Position numbers and translations under genes: made by a program
In this document: positions 42,636 through 63,185 of the stretch, one piece after another
How the letters are laid out: every line of letters begins with the position of its first letter
Numbering within the stretch: the first letter of the stretch is position 1
The notes under the pieces: model-generated
Seen by the model: only the letters and a program-made list of their open reading frames with translations
Database searches by the model: none
What the model was told of the DNA's origin: nothing
Source of the DNA: an uncultured Chloroflexia bacterium
GTDB taxonomy: Bacteria; Chloroflexota; Anaerolineae; CG2-30-64-16
Direction of reading: 5' to 3'
NCBI GenBank assembly: GCA_963810095.1
Contig: CAWEMM010000014.1
Coordinates: forward strand, 96,001 to 160,000
Length of the DNA stretch: 64,000 nucleotides

Positions 42636-44612
42636 TCAGCTCTCGTCAATGGGCTTGCGCTGAGCCAGTACTCCCGCGATTGAGCGGTTATTCAATAGCT
42701 TCTGGATGTGCCGCTTCTGAGCCGTGTACGTTGCCATCAGTTCATGGAGCCGGCGCGATTCCTCGCGTTCTGCCATTTCGGTGCTCTCGCGAATCAAAAA
42801 CTCGAGCTGCTGGACCTGCTTTTTCAGGTTCCGCTCCCGCAGCCGCAGCAGCGAGTCGCCTAAATCCTTGATCAGTTTTTCGTCCGTTAGCGACGGTCGG
42901 GTCCGCACCTCGTTCAAAGCAGCCTGCGCGCCTGCTCGCAGGGGCTCGGCCAGTTGGGCCAGCCGCTCCTCGGCGCTCAGCTCCACGGCCTCCCTCGGCG
43001 ACAGTGCCAGCACGACCGCGAGCAGCGCCTGGTTCTCCGCGCTGGTCAAATCATCCGGACTCAACGGCGGCGCCTGCTGGGCGATCATCTCCTCGTCCAA
43101 CTGGGCCAACAACTCGGGCCGCAGCAGCAGCGAGCCCAGGATGTATTCCTCAGGACCAAACGCTCGCGGCAGCTCGGCTCGTTTTGCGCCGCTTATCGCC
43201 GGTACACGGCGCCGGCTCGACAGGGCTTGGCCGGCTGCCTGGGCCTGGCGCTCGGCAAGCGTTCCGCCGCGCTGGATCTGCTCGGCCACCAGCCGTTCGT
43301 CCATCTGAACACTGCGGGCCAGGGCCTGGATGTAGTGCGTCCGCTCGATCGGGTTGGCGACCTCCGTGATCAGCGGGGCCAGGCGCTCGATGGCCCGCGC
43401 CTTGCCCTGCGCGCTCGACAAGTCCTCCTCTCGGGTCACCAACGCCAGGTAGTAATCTACGATCGGGCGCGCGCCCGCGATCACCTCGCGCCAGCGGTCG
43501 ACGTCCTTGTACGCAAGCTCATCGGGGTCGAGGCCATCGGGCAGCGCTGCAATGCGCAGCTGTGCCTTCAGGCGGCTTTCGTGACGCACCAACCCGGTTG
43601 GGCTGAACACCGGCTCCCAGTCCCGGTCCAGCGACTGCCGGGCCGCTTCCAAACCCCGGACGGCAGCGTGTTCGCCTGCCACATCCGGGTCGAGCGCAAG
43701 GGTGATGTTGCCCGTGTAGCGCTTCAGCTGGCGCATCTGCCCTTCGGTCAGGGCTGTGCCCATGCCTGCAACGACGTTAGCGACGCCTACCTGGTGTGAC
43801 ATCAGCACGTCCATGTACCCTTCGACGATCACGGCCAAATTCGCGTCGCGAATCGCCTTTCGGGCCATGTCCAGGCCGAAGAGCACATTTCCCTTGTCAA
43901 AGAGCGGCGTTTGCGGCGAGTTCATGTACTTCGGGCTCGGGTGCTGCGGGTCTTCCTTTAGTATGCGTGCGCCGAAACCGATGGTTCGCCCTTGGCCGTC
44001 GCGAATCGGGATCATTAGGCGGCCGCGGAAGCGATCAAAATAGCTTCCCGTCTCCTCCTTCCGGATGATCAACCCGGCTTCCTCGATCTCGTCTGGCGGG
44101 TACCCTTTGCCCTGCAGCCGGCTCTTGAGCGCATCCCATGCATCCAGTGCGTAGCCGAGCTGCCACGCTTCCCAGGTCTGCTGGGTCAAACCGCGCCGCG
44201 TCAGGTAATCGCGGGCGACGGCGCCTTCTTCCGACTTGTTGAGCAAGTGGTGAAAGTACACCGCCGCGTCCGACTGGATCGTCCGTAAGCGGTCGAGCCG
44301 GCCATCCTCCGCATTCGCCGATTCGCCCTGCGGCTTCAGTTCGACGCCTGCCTTTGCCGCCAGCATCGCCAGGGCGTCGCCAAAATCCAGGTTCTCGCGC
44401 TTCATAACGAACGAGAAGATGTCGCCCCCGGTTCCGCACGCCCCAAAGCAGTGCCAGTTTTGAGTGTCGGGGAAGACGACGAACGAGGGTGTCTTCTCAT
44501 TATGGAACGGGCACAACCCTTTGAATGTGCGGCCCGCCTTCTTAAGCTGCATGTATGAGGAAACCACGTCGACGATGTCGAGGCGGTCCTTGATCTCGTC
44601 GATGACGCTCAT
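42636..44612 (-). CDS. dnaG: DNA primase
   Basis: [11 protein letters not shown] Zn finger, [37 protein letters not shown]. Confidence 0.97.
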   Translation of the reverse strand: MSVIDEIKDRLDIVDVVSSYMQLKKAGRTFKGLCPFHNEKTPSFVVFPDTQNWHCFGACGTGGDIFSFVMKRENLDFGDALAMLAAKAGVELKPQGESANAEDGRLDRLRTIQSDAAVYFHHLLNKSEEGAVARDYLTRRGLTQQTWEAWQLGYALDAWDALKSRLQGKGYPPDEIEEAGLIIRKEETGSYFDRFRGRLMIPIRDGQGRTIGFGARILKEDPQHPSPKYMNSPQTPLFDKGNVLFGLDMARKAIRDANLAVIVEGYMDVLMSHQVGVANVVAGMGTALTEGQMRQLKRYTGNITLALDPDVAGEHAAVRGLEAARQSLDRDWEPVFSPTGLVRHESRLKAQLRIAALPDGLDPDELAYKDVDRWREVIAGARPIVDYYLALVTREEDLSSAQGKARAIERLAPLITEVANPIERTHYIQALARSVQMDERLVAEQIQRGGTLAERQAQAAGQALSSRRRVPAISGAKRAELPRAFGPEEYILGSLLLRPELLAQLDEEMIAQQAPPLSPDDLTSAENQALLAVVLALSPREAVELSAEERLAQLAEPLRAGAQAALNEVRTRPSLTDEKLIKDLGDSLLRLRERNLKKQVQQLEFLIRESTEMAEREESRRLHELMATYTAQKRHIQKLLNNRSIAGVLAQRKPIDES

Positions 44613-44657
44613 GACCAATCCAGTCCCTTCAGGAGCCCCTCCCAAGGGGTAGGTGGA

Positions 44658-44687
44658 ATTATACCCGCGCGACGCGAGGCGTGTCAA
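44658..44687 (-). promoter_or_regulatory. Promoter of dnaG-rpoD
   Basis: TTGACA-N18-TATAAT on the minus strand. Confidence 0.75.
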
Positions 44688-44860
44688 ACACTTTTCTCGC
44701 TGATTTGTTCTGACGAGAGGGGCGGCAAGGCGTTGGCGTGGGGCCGGCCGCGGCCTCTTAAGCTAGCCTTAAGCTGCGAGGCAGTCAGGGATAAGGACGA
44801 TGACCGCGCCTCGCGATACCCTTATCTGTTGGAAGAGTGGTTTTCGCAAGGGGAGGGAGT

Positions 44861-46036
44861 ATGAAGCGTGCAAGGTTTTGGATCGGCGGCCGGGCATCGG
44901 CCGTCGCGGTTCTGATCGTTCTAGCGCTGTTAGCCGGCGCGTGCGCAGGAGATAGCAGCGCTGACCAGGGCAGCCCGACCGCAGCGCCGGCGCCCGCGTC
45001 CACTGCGACGACCGCGCCCGCCGCGGTGCAACAGCCGGCCAATCCGCCCGCTCTGGCATCCGGGGCGGGCGGCGATTTCGCCGCTGCGGTCCGCAATGTT
45101 GCCCAGAAGGTCAAACCCGCAGTCGTCCAGATCACAAATGAGCAGGTCCAGGTCGGCCAGTTCGGCCAGGCCACCGTACCGTCAGGCGTAGGCTCTGGCG
45201 TCATCTACGACGACCAGGGGCACATCATCACGAACGACCACGTCGTGGCAGGCGCACAGCAGTTGACCGTCTCCCTGCCCGATGGCCGCACGTTCAAGGC
45301 CAAGCTGGTTGGCTCGGACCCGCGGACCGACCTCGCCGTCGTGCAGATTTCCGGGAAGGACCTGCCCGTTGCGGAGCTCGGGGATTCGGGCCAACTTCAA
45401 GTCGGCGACTGGGTCGTCGCAATCGGCAACGCACTCGGGCTGCCGGGTGGCCCGACGGTTACCGCGGGTGTGGTCAGCGCGCTGGGGCGCAGCGTGCAGG
45501 AGCCGGGCGACCAGACGGGCCCTGGCCCCTACCTGTTTGACGTGATCCAGACGAGCGCGCCCATCAATCCCGGGAACTCGGGCGGCGCCTTGGTTGACCT
45601 GGCAGGACGCGTGATCGGCATCAACACGCTCGTTGCCGGCCAGGCTGAACCCGGGGTGCAGGCGCAAGGGATCGGGTTCGCGATCTCCATCGCAACCGCC
45701 AAGCCGCTGGCGGACCAACTCGTGGCGTCAGGCAAGGCGATCCATCCGAGCATCGGTATCCAGTACGTCCCGTTGAACCCGGCCATCGCCGCGCAAATCG
45801 GCGCAGACCAGCCGTACGGCGCGGTCGTGATGGATGTCGTCGCCGGTTCCGGCGCCGCGCGTGCCGGCCTGCAGCAGGGGGACGTGATCACGGCGATTGA
45901 CGGGCAGCAATTAAAGGAAGAGTCGGCGCTGCCCGAGGCCATCAGCACGCACAAGCCGGGGGACAAGGTGAAGTTCACCATCCTGCGCGACAGCCAGCCG
46001 CAGGACGTGACTGTCACGCTGGGCCAGGCTGAATAG
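44861..46036 (+). CDS. htrA: HtrA/DegP family serine protease with PDZ domain, probable lipoprotein
   Basis: LALLAGAC lipobox-like signal, GSGVI, TNDHVV, DLAVV, INPGNSGG, C-terminal PDZ. Confidence 0.93.
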   Translation: MKRARFWIGGRASAVAVLIVLALLAGACAGDSSADQGSPTAAPAPASTATTAPAAVQQPANPPALASGAGGDFAAAVRNVAQKVKPAVVQITNEQVQVGQFGQATVPSGVGSGVIYDDQGHIITNDHVVAGAQQLTVSLPDGRTFKAKLVGSDPRTDLAVVQISGKDLPVAELGDSGQLQVGDWVVAIGNALGLPGGPTVTAGVVSALGRSVQEPGDQTGPGPYLFDVIQTSAPINPGNSGGALVDLAGRVIGINTLVAGQAEPGVQAQGIGFAISIATAKPLADQLVASGKAIHPSIGIQYVPLNPAIAAQIGADQPYGAVVMDVVAGSGAARAGLQQGDVITAIDGQQLKEESALPEAISTHKPGDKVKFTILRDSQPQDVTVTLGQAE

Positions 46037-46049
46037 GACCGGGGGACCG

Positions 46050-46082
46050 AGAAACCAGGTTTCTGCTAGAAACCTGGTTTCT
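46050..46082. repeat. REP-like nested palindrome
   Basis: AGAAACCAGGTTTCT-gct-AGAAACCTGGTTTCT between convergent htrA and sdaA; near-identical copy at 54932. Confidence 0.85.
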
Positions 46083-46094
46083 TCGTGCCTGCGT

Positions 46095-47303
46095 CTAGCG
46101 GCTTCCCGTTCTCCTCCGGTACGCCTCGGCCAGCCCGCCTGAAGAGGTCTCTCGGTAGAGCGAAGGGAGGTTGTTGCCGGTCTCCCAGAGGACGGCGACG
46201 ACATCATCAAACGGAATGCGGTGTGACCCGTCGGAGAGCAGCGCGTAATCGGCGCAGTTGAAGGCCTTGGAAGCCGCGAAGGCGTTGCGCTCGATGCAGG
46301 GAATCTGTACGATGCCGGCAACTGGATCGCAGGTCAGCCCCAGGTTGTGCTCCAGGCCCATCTCGGCCGCGTATTCGATTTGGCGGGCGGTGCCGCCAAA
46401 CAACTGGGCCGCCGCCGCGGCAGCCATGGCACACGCAACCCCTACCTCGCCTTGACAGCCTACCTCCGCGCCTGAGATCGACGCGTTGTGTTTCACCAGG
46501 TTCCCGATGAGGCCGGCAGTCGCCAGCGCGCGCAGCACGGCATTGTCCGAGCAGCCCGTGATCTCCTGGACATACCGGAGCACGGCAGGCACGATCCCGC
46601 TGGACCCGCATGTGGGGGCTGTCACCACCACGCCGCCCGAAGCGTTCTCCTCGGCCACGGCCAGCGTGTACGCGTAGAGCAACTCGAAACGATTCGGTGC
46701 GCTGCCGGCAATGGTCATCTTACGATGGATGACCCACGCCCGCCGTGCCACGCCCAGCCCGCCCGGCAGGACGCCTTCCTGCGTCAGCCCGCGCTCCACG
46801 GCCGCGCCCATCGCCTCGGCGATGCGCGCCAGGAATGTCCAGATGTCCTTGCCTTCGCGTTCTTCAACATACTCCCAGAGCGACTGCCCCGTCGCACGGC
46901 AGCGCGCGAGGATGTCGGCCAGGCGATCGAGGTCGTAGACCGGTGCGAGGGGGGGCTCGTCTGCTTCGGCCAGCGCGCCGCCGCCCACGCTGAACACTTG
47001 CCAGGGTTCGGAGAGCGTCCCATCGGTGAGAATAGCCTGGAACTGCATCCCGTTCGGGTGGCGCGGCAGTTCGACTTCGGGCAGCCACGTAAACTCCACC
47101 GCGGCCGGCGCGAGCGCTTCACGGATTGCAACGTCGGTGAGGTGGCCGCGGCCCGTGGCGGCCAGGCTGCCGTACAGCGTGACGCGGTGTCCTTCCGCGG
47201 CCGGGAAGCGGCTGCGGAACTGCTCGGCTGCGCGATGGGGGGCCATGGTGTGGCTGCTCGAAGGGCCGTGGCCGATACGATACAGCTCGCGAAGAGATGT
47301 CAT
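46095..47303 (-). CDS. sdaA: L-serine ammonia-lyase (Fe-S, single chain); alternative start at 47333
   Basis: IGHGPSSSHT, YGSLAATGRGH, VTAPTCG, ISGAEVGCQGEVG, LGLTCDPV..VQIPCIERNA. Confidence 0.94.
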   Translation of the reverse strand: MTSLRELYRIGHGPSSSHTMAPHRAAEQFRSRFPAAEGHRVTLYGSLAATGRGHLTDVAIREALAPAAVEFTWLPEVELPRHPNGMQFQAILTDGTLSEPWQVFSVGGGALAEADEPPLAPVYDLDRLADILARCRATGQSLWEYVEEREGKDIWTFLARIAEAMGAAVERGLTQEGVLPGGLGVARRAWVIHRKMTIAGSAPNRFELLYAYTLAVAEENASGGVVVTAPTCGSSGIVPAVLRYVQEITGCSDNAVLRALATAGLIGNLVKHNASISGAEVGCQGEVGVACAMAAAAAAQLFGGTARQIEYAAEMGLEHNLGLTCDPVAGIVQIPCIERNAFAASKAFNCADYALLSDGSHRIPFDDVVAVLWETGNNLPSLYRETSSGGLAEAYRRRTGSR

Positions 47304-47478
47304 GCCGCGGCTTGCGGAATCTGTTTCGGTCACTTTGGGTCGTCCTGGACGTGCGATCCACTTCGTGCGGTTCGGTCGGGCTGGGGCTGAGCCGCGTCAT
47401 GGCGCGCGTGTGCGATAATAACCGGGAGTATACACCACGCAATCCTGCAAGCTGGTTTCTGGCTTATGAAGAGCTTCC

Positions 47479-48552
47479 ATGCTCGAAAGGACGACCATGC
47501 CCTTTCAACCCAACGCACAACATATGCTCGACGTGCTGGCCAACCGCAGGCCGGCCCGGCTGCCCCTGTACGAACACATCATCAGCCCGAAGATCATGGA
47601 GCAGGTGCTCGACGTCCGCTTCGCCGAGCTGGAAGGCGGCGACCGGCATGACCTGAAGGAATTCTTTCGCCACTACTGCCGCTTCTGGCCGGGGATGGGG
47701 TACGACACTGTCTCGTATGAAGTCTGCATCACGGAAACCCTGCCAGCCCACGGCGCGATCATGGGCGGCAAGGGCCCGATCCAGAACCGCGCCGACTTCG
47801 AACGCTACCCGTGGGACGAACTGCCCGAGCGCTACTGGGCCTTTGCCGCGCCGAAGCTCGATGCATTCGTGCGCCAGCTGCCAAAAGGGGTCAAGGCGCT
47901 GGGCGGCGTGGGCAACGGCGTGTTCGAGATCAGCGAGGACCTGGTCGGGTTTGAGTCGCTGGCCTATCTCCGTGCCGACGATCCCGCGACCTTCGCAGCC
48001 CTGTACCGGCGCATCGGCGATCTGATGGCCGCGATCTGGCGCGAATTCCTGCCGCGCTACGGCGAGTACTTCGCCATCTGCCGCTTTGGCGACGACTTGG
48101 GTTTCAAGACCAGCACGCTCGTTGCGCCGAAGGTGATCCGAGAGCATGTGCTGCCCGAGTACCGTCGGGTTATCGGGACGATCAAGGCGGCGGGTAAGCC
48201 CTTTTTGTGGCACTCATGCGGGTGCATCTTCCAGGTAATGGACGACGTGATCGGCTTGGGGATCGATGCCAAGCACTCGAACGAGGACTGCATCGCGCCG
48301 TTCGAGCAGTGGATCAGCCGTTACGGCGACCGGATCGGGTTGTTGGGCGGGATCGACGTGGACCTGTTGTGCCAGCAGGCGCCCGACGAAATCGCCGAGA
48401 CCGTGTTTGAGAAGGGGCGCGCCTTTCGGGCGGCAGCCCGGGGCTACGCGCTCGGTTCGGGGAACTCGATTCCCGAATATGTCCCCATCGACGGCTACCT
48501 GGCCATGATCGAGGGTGCGCGGCGGATTCGAACGGCGGAGGAGCGGGAATAG
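47479..48552 (+). CDS. Uroporphyrinogen decarboxylase / MtaA-CmuA-like TIM-barrel protein
   Basis: FGDDLGFK, WHSCG, LGGIDVD, GYALGSGNSIP. Confidence 0.8.
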   Translation: MLERTTMPFQPNAQHMLDVLANRRPARLPLYEHIISPKIMEQVLDVRFAELEGGDRHDLKEFFRHYCRFWPGMGYDTVSYEVCITETLPAHGAIMGGKGPIQNRADFERYPWDELPERYWAFAAPKLDAFVRQLPKGVKALGGVGNGVFEISEDLVGFESLAYLRADDPATFAALYRRIGDLMAAIWREFLPRYGEYFAICRFGDDLGFKTSTLVAPKVIREHVLPEYRRVIGTIKAAGKPFLWHSCGCIFQVMDDVIGLGIDAKHSNEDCIAPFEQWISRYGDRIGLLGGIDVDLLCQQAPDEIAETVFEKGRAFRAAARGYALGSGNSIPEYVPIDGYLAMIEGARRIRTAEERE

Positions 48553-48959
48553 ACATGGCCCCCGCGCTGGGGGACAGCGAGGGAGGGCATGCCCGGTCAG
48601 CCCCTGCGCGGGCAAGTGACCCAGAGGCCGATTGGTCACAATTTCGAACCGCTCCCTAGCCAAGTTGCTGACCGGGCGGAGTGGGCCCGCCGACCCCGCG
48701 ACGGAATTGCCGGTTTCGGCGATTCGGACTATGATGACGCTGGCTACTTGCTCGCCTCACGGTTGCCCCCAGGAACCCGGATGCGCCCATCGTCTTCCCG
48801 GCGCTCCGTAGCTCCACGGTTCCCGGCATCTCCAGAGGGTCCTGCGGCATTGCGCTGCCGGCCATGGGTGCGGGTGAAGGATACGCCAATGGACCACCGC
48901 CCGGAGTGCAGTCCAAGACTCCCCACCGCGGCCAGAACGCCTGGCCAGGAGTTCACACC

Positions 48960-50535
48960 GTGCTTGCCAAAGTCCATAGCTGCGCCCTCATCGGCCTGGA
49001 CGGCGCCATCGTCGAGGTAGAGGCCGACCTCAACCCCCGCGCGCTCCCCAATGTTACGCTGGTTGGTCTCCCAGACGCTGCCGTCAAAGAGTCGACCGAA
49101 CGCGTCCGCGCGGCCATCGTCAATTCCGGCCTTGGATACCCCCGCGGCCGAGTGACCGTCAACCTGGCTCCGGCCGACCTGCGTAAGGAAGGCCCGGCGT
49201 ACGATCTGCCCATTGCGGTCGCACTCCTGATCCTGGCCGAGCAGATCCCTGCCGATCTCGACGGTGTCCTCTTCCTTGGCGAGCTTTCACTCGATGGCTC
49301 GCTGCGGCACGTCAACGGCTTACTGCCCATGGCCCACCTGGCCATGGAGCTTGGTTATAAGTCGCTGTTCGTGCCACAGCCCGACGCGCCCGAAGCTGCG
49401 CTGGTGGAGGGCATCGACGTGTTCCCCGTGGAGACGTTGGGCCGGCTCGCCGCGCACTTCCGCGACTACCATCCGATCGAGCCGTATCGCACTTCGTTCG
49501 AGCTGGACGCCGACCCGCCGCCGTACGCGTGCGACTTTCAGGACGTGAAGGGGCAGGAGCACGTGAAGCGGGCGCTGGAGGTCAGTGCGGCGGGTGGACA
49601 TAACGTCCTGCTCAGCGGGCCGCCGGGAGCCGGCAAAACGTTGCTGGCACGTTCGATGCCCTCGATCCTCCCACGGCTGACGTTGGCCGAGGCGCTCGAC
49701 GTGACGCGGATTTACTCCGTCGCGGATATGCTCCATACAAACGGTTCGGGCGATGCGCCGTTGATCCGGCACCGGCCGTTCCGTGCGCCGCACCATACGA
49801 TCTCGCACGCGGGGCTGGTGGGTGGGGGGCAGTGGCCGCGGCCGGGCGAAATCAGCCTCGCGCACCGAGGGGTGCTGTTCCTCGACGAAATGCCCGAGTT
49901 TTCGTCGCATACGCTGGAGGTGCTGCGCCAGCCGCTGGAAGACAAGGTGGTGACGATCAGCCGGGCGCAGGGCAGCCTGACCTTTCCGGCGAGCTTCATG
50001 CTGGTGGGTGCGCAAAACCCGTGTCCGTGCGGTTATTTCGGCGACCCGGAGCACGCGTGCAGCTGCAGCCCGAGCGTGGTGAGCAAGTACCAGAAGCGTT
50101 TGTCTGGCCCGCTGCTCGACCGCATCGACATTCATGTGGAGGTGCCGCGGGTGCCCTTCCAGAAGCTGTCGGACGAGCGCCGGGGCGAGTCGTCGGCTCG
50201 GATTCGGGAACGGGTCGAGGCGGCGCGGGCGAGGCAAACCGCTCGGTTCACGCAAGGCAGCCCGAAGCCGGGCAGCCGCAGACGCGGGGAAGCCGGCCGC
50301 CGGACTGACATGCAACGCGGACATGGGGCCCACGCAGGTGCGTGATTTCTGCCAGGTGGAGGAGACGGGCCGCCAGCTACTGGCCGCCGCCATGCGCCAG
50401 ATGAACCTGAGCGCCCGGGCCTATCACCGCATCCTGAAGCTGGCCCGCACCATTGCCGACCTGGCCGGTTGCGATCGGATTCAGCCCGCGCACCTGGCAG
50501 AGGCGATCCAGTACCGGCCCCGGCGCCAGGAGTAA
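48960..50535 (+). CDS. comM: YifB/ComM Mg-chelatase-like AAA+ ATPase (frameshift near 50290)
   Basis: [71 protein letters not shown]. Confidence 0.94.
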
Positions 50536-50595
50536 CTCGGAGACGCCATTGAGTCCGCACGGACTCAACTCCAGGCACCCCTCGCTATAAAAGAC

Positions 50596-50630
50596 AATGC
50601 CAATCTCGCCCCAATGAGATTGGCATTTTT
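50596..50630 (+). terminator. Intrinsic terminator after comM
   Basis: AATGCCAATCTC-N8-GAGATTGGCATT followed by TTT. Confidence 0.75.
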
Positions 50631-50677
50631 ACTACGGTCCTTGTCTCGGGCCCACGTCAAAATCTCAAGATTCGTAC

Positions 50678-50706
50678 TTGACACGGTAACTGCTTTGTGG
50701 TAGTAT
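50678..50706 (+). promoter_or_regulatory. Promoter of rpoBC
   Basis: TTGACA-N17-TAGTAT with TGn extension. Confidence 0.75.
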
Positions 50707-50898
50707 TAGCGATTGCTGTCCGAGTACCGTGGGTCAGTAGGATTAAGAAATACCGTTGAAAACCCCCTCACTCTCAGTGACCGAGATTGAACCAAGTCGG
50801 ATGGGGACTTGGCGTTTTTGCTTTGTTGGAACAGGAACTGTTGGTACAGGATCGCACTGTAACACAAGGCTGGTTGAAAAACAAGGAGTGATCGCTGC

Positions 50899-59709
<8,811 letters not shown>

Positions 59710-59800
59710 TGAAACTGCATGGCGCGCTATGGCTGGCGACGGAGCGACACGGCCCTGAGATCATAAGCAACTCGCATTAGTAGATTTCGTGGAGGGCAGC

Positions 59801-60237
59801 TTGCCGACTATCAATCAGCTCGTACGTAAGGGCCGGAAGCCGATCGGCGAAGAAGGAAAAGGCTCCCGCGCTGCAGTTTACGAACAACCTCATCCACGGC
59901 CGCATGCGCCGGATGAACAAGGGTAACCCGTTCAAGCGCGGCGTGTGCACCCAGGTGCGCACGATGACGCCCGAAGAAACCGAACTCGGCGCTGCGCAAG
60001 ATCGCCCGCGTGCGCCTGACCAACGGCATCGAAGTCACGGCCTACATTCCCGGCGAGGGCCACAGCCTGCAGGAGCACTCCGTGGTGCTGGTGCGCGGCG
60101 GCCGCGTGAAGGATCTGCCTGGCGTGCGCTACCACATCGTGCGCGGCGCGCTGGACACGACCGGCGTCGACGCTCGGCGTCGCGCCCGCTCGAAGTATGG
60201 CGCGAAGGTGCCGAAGGCCAGCGCGGCAGGCGCGTAA
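59801..60237 (+). CDS. rpsL: 30S ribosomal protein S12 (TTG start, frameshifts)
   Basis: [48 protein letters not shown]. Confidence 0.96.
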
Positions 60238-60287
60238 GGGCGCTAAGGGCGCTCCGGCGAAGAAGAAGTAAGGAGCCGGAGTGACTC

Positions 60288-60758
60288 ATGTCTCGACGTA
60301 ATCGCCCTGAACCACGCGAGATCCTGCCGGATCCGCGTTATCAAAGCGTCCTGGTTTCGCACCTGATCAACGTGATCATGTACAGCGGCAAGAAGTCGAC
60401 GGCCGAAGGCATCGTCTACGGCGCGATCGAGGTCCTCGAACACCGGACCAAGAAGCCCGGCATCGAAGCGCTCGAGCAGGCGATCCGCAACGCCACGCCC
60501 ATGATCGAGGTGCGCCCCCGCCGCGTCGGCGGCGCCACCTACCAGGTGCCGATGGAAATCCGCGAGGACCGCCGCCTGGCCCTGGCCCTGCGCTGGTTGA
60601 TCCAGAGCTCGCGCAAGCGCGCCGGCAAGAGCATGGTCGACAAGCTCTCCGGCGAGCTGTTCGATGCGCACAACAACCAGGGCAACACGGTCAAGAAGCG
60701 CGAAGACACGCACAAGATGGCCGAGGCCAACCGCGCGTTCGCGCACTACCGCTGGTAG
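60288..60758 (+). CDS. rpsG: 30S ribosomal protein S7
   Basis: MSRR...[29 protein letters not shown]. Confidence 0.98.
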   Translation: MSRRNRPEPREILPDPRYQSVLVSHLINVIMYSGKKSTAEGIVYGAIEVLEHRTKKPGIEALEQAIRNATPMIEVRPRRVGGATYQVPMEIREDRRLALALRWLIQSSRKRAGKSMVDKLSGELFDAHNNQGNTVKKREDTHKMAEANRAFAHYRW

Positions 60759-60930
60759 TTCTTCGGCAACGGATTCCGCGAATTTTCACGGATCTGAGTT
60801 ATTGACTCCGCGAAGGTCCGTGTCATCCGGATTCAGAGCTTGTGTAACCATGATGAGACCCGGCATCCTGCGGCACGCTGTGCTGAGGGAGTGCCGGGTT
60901 TCTGTCGCTTGAGAATGTGAGTGGATTGAA

Positions 60931-63144
60931 ATGGTAACTGTGCCCTCCGTGGCAACGAGCCAAACCGAAGAAGAACGCCTCCGGCGATTGCGCAATATCG
61001 GCATCATCGCCCATATCGACGCGGGCAAAACGACGACGACCGAGCGCATCCTGTACTACACCGGCAAGACCTACCGGATGGGCAACGTCGACGAGGGCAC
61101 CACCGTCACCGACTGGATGGTGCAGGAGCGTGAACGCGGCATCACGATTCAGTCTGCGGCCATCACCAGCGAGTGGAAGGGCTACCAGATCAACATCATC
61201 GACACGCCCGGCCACATCGACTTCACCGCCGAGGTGCAGCGCAGCCTGCGCGTGCTCGACGGCGGCGTCGTCGTCTTCGACGCGGTCGCCGGCGTCGAGC
61301 CCCAGTCCGAGACGGTCTGGCGGCAGGCCAACCACTACGGCGTGCCGCGCATCTGCTTCGTCAACAAGATGGATCGCACCGGCGCGAATTTCTGGCGCAC
61401 GATCGACATGATCAAGGACCGGCTGGGCGCGAACCCGCTGCCCGTGCAGCTCCCATCGGCTCGGAAGACCTGTTCGCCGGCATGATCGACCTGATGACCC
61501 GCATCGCCTGGACCTTCCCCGGCGACCTGGGCGCGACGCCGCAGGACGGGCCCGTGCCCGACGTCTCTGCAGGACGAGGTCGGAGCGACTGCGCGAGCAG
61601 ATGGTCGAGAAGATCGCGGAGACCGACGACGATCTGATGACTGAAGTACCTCGAGGGCGAGGAGATCACCGAGGACGAGCTGCGCGTCGCCTTGCGCAAG
61701 GCGACGATTGCCGCGCGACGCTGGTGCCCGTGCTGTGCGGCACCGCGCTGCGCACCAAGGGCGTGCAGCTGCTGCTCGACGCGGTGATCGACTACCTGCC
61801 CTCGCCGCTCGACATCCCCGCCGTCAAGGGCACCAACCCGGACACCGGCGAAGAGGAAGAGCGCCCCACGCGCGATCGACGCACCGGTCTCGGCGCTCGT
61901 CTTCAAGATCCAGACCGACCCGTACATGGGCAAGCTGGCGTACGTACGCGTTTACTCGGGCGTGCTCCAGTCGGGCACGACCCTGCTGAACACGAGCAAG
62001 GACCGCAAGGAGCGCATGGGCCGGCTCGTGCAGGTCTACGCCGAGAAGCGCGAGGACGTGACGATGATCCGGGCGGGCGACATCGGCGCGATCGTCGGCG
62101 TGAAGCAGACCTTCACCGGCGAGACGCTGTCCGACCCGGCCGCGCCCATCGTGCTGGAAGCCATCGAGTTCCCCGAGCCGGTCATTTCGATCGCCGTCGA
62201 GCCGAAGACCAAGGCCGACCAGGACAAGCTGGCCAATGCGCTGCAGCGGCTGGCCGAAGAAGACCCGACCTTCCGCGTGCGCGTCGACGAGCAGACCGGG
62301 CAGACGCTGCTCAGCGGCATGGGCGAGCTGCACCTGGACGTGCTGATCGACCGCATGAAGCGCGAGTTCGGCGTGCAGGCCCACGTGGGCCGGCTCCAGG
62401 TGTCCTACCGCGAGACGATCACCCGCAAGACCGCCGGTCGACATGCGCTTCGTCCGGCAGACCGGCGGCCGCGGCCAGTACGCGCACGTCGTCGTGGACT
62501 TCGAGCCGCTCGAGCGCGGCAAGGGCTTCGAGTTCGTCAACAAGATCGTCGGCGGCGTGATCCCGAGGGAGTACATCGGGCCGGTCGAGCAGGGCATCCG
62601 CGAGTCGATGGAGAACGGCGTCCTCGGCGGCTATCCGCTGGTCGACATCCGGGCGACCCTGACGGGCGGCTCGTTCCACGAGGTCGACTCGCTCGGACAT
62701 GGCCTTCAAGATCGCCGGCTCGATGGCGCTGCGCGAGGGCGTGCAGAAGGGCGGGCCGGTGCTGCTCGAGCCGGTGATGCGGCTGGAAGTCGTGGTGCCC
62801 GAGGCGCAACACGGGCGACGTGATCGGCGATGTGGTGTCGCGGCGCGGCCAGATCGAGGGCATGGAGATGCACTCGGTCGGGATGCAGGCGGTGCAAGGG
62901 CATGGTGCCGATGGCCGAGATGTTCGGCTATGCGACGACGCTGCGCTCGTTCACCCAGGGCCGCGGCACATTCACGATGGAGTTCTGCTGCTACGAGCCT
63001 GTGCCGGCCGACCGGGCGCGCACCATCTGGGCTCGAGCTCGAACGATCCGTATGGCGGACGTTGGGGTCGCGCACGATGATCGCGCGCTTGGAACCGTCG
63101 ACTGCGCGTTCCAAAATCCGACGCGGTGCAAACACAACGAATGA
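60931..63144 (+). CDS. fusA: Elongation factor G (many frameshifts; true 3' end uncertain, about 63040-63144)
   Basis: [59 protein letters not shown]. Confidence 0.95.
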
Positions 63145-63155
63145 CGTAGCGAAAT

Positions 63156-63185
63156 TTGCATAAAAACACGTCCGTTCGATATAAT
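63156..63185 (+). promoter_or_regulatory. Internal promoter upstream of tuf
   Basis: TTGCAT-N18-TATAAT. Confidence 0.65.
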
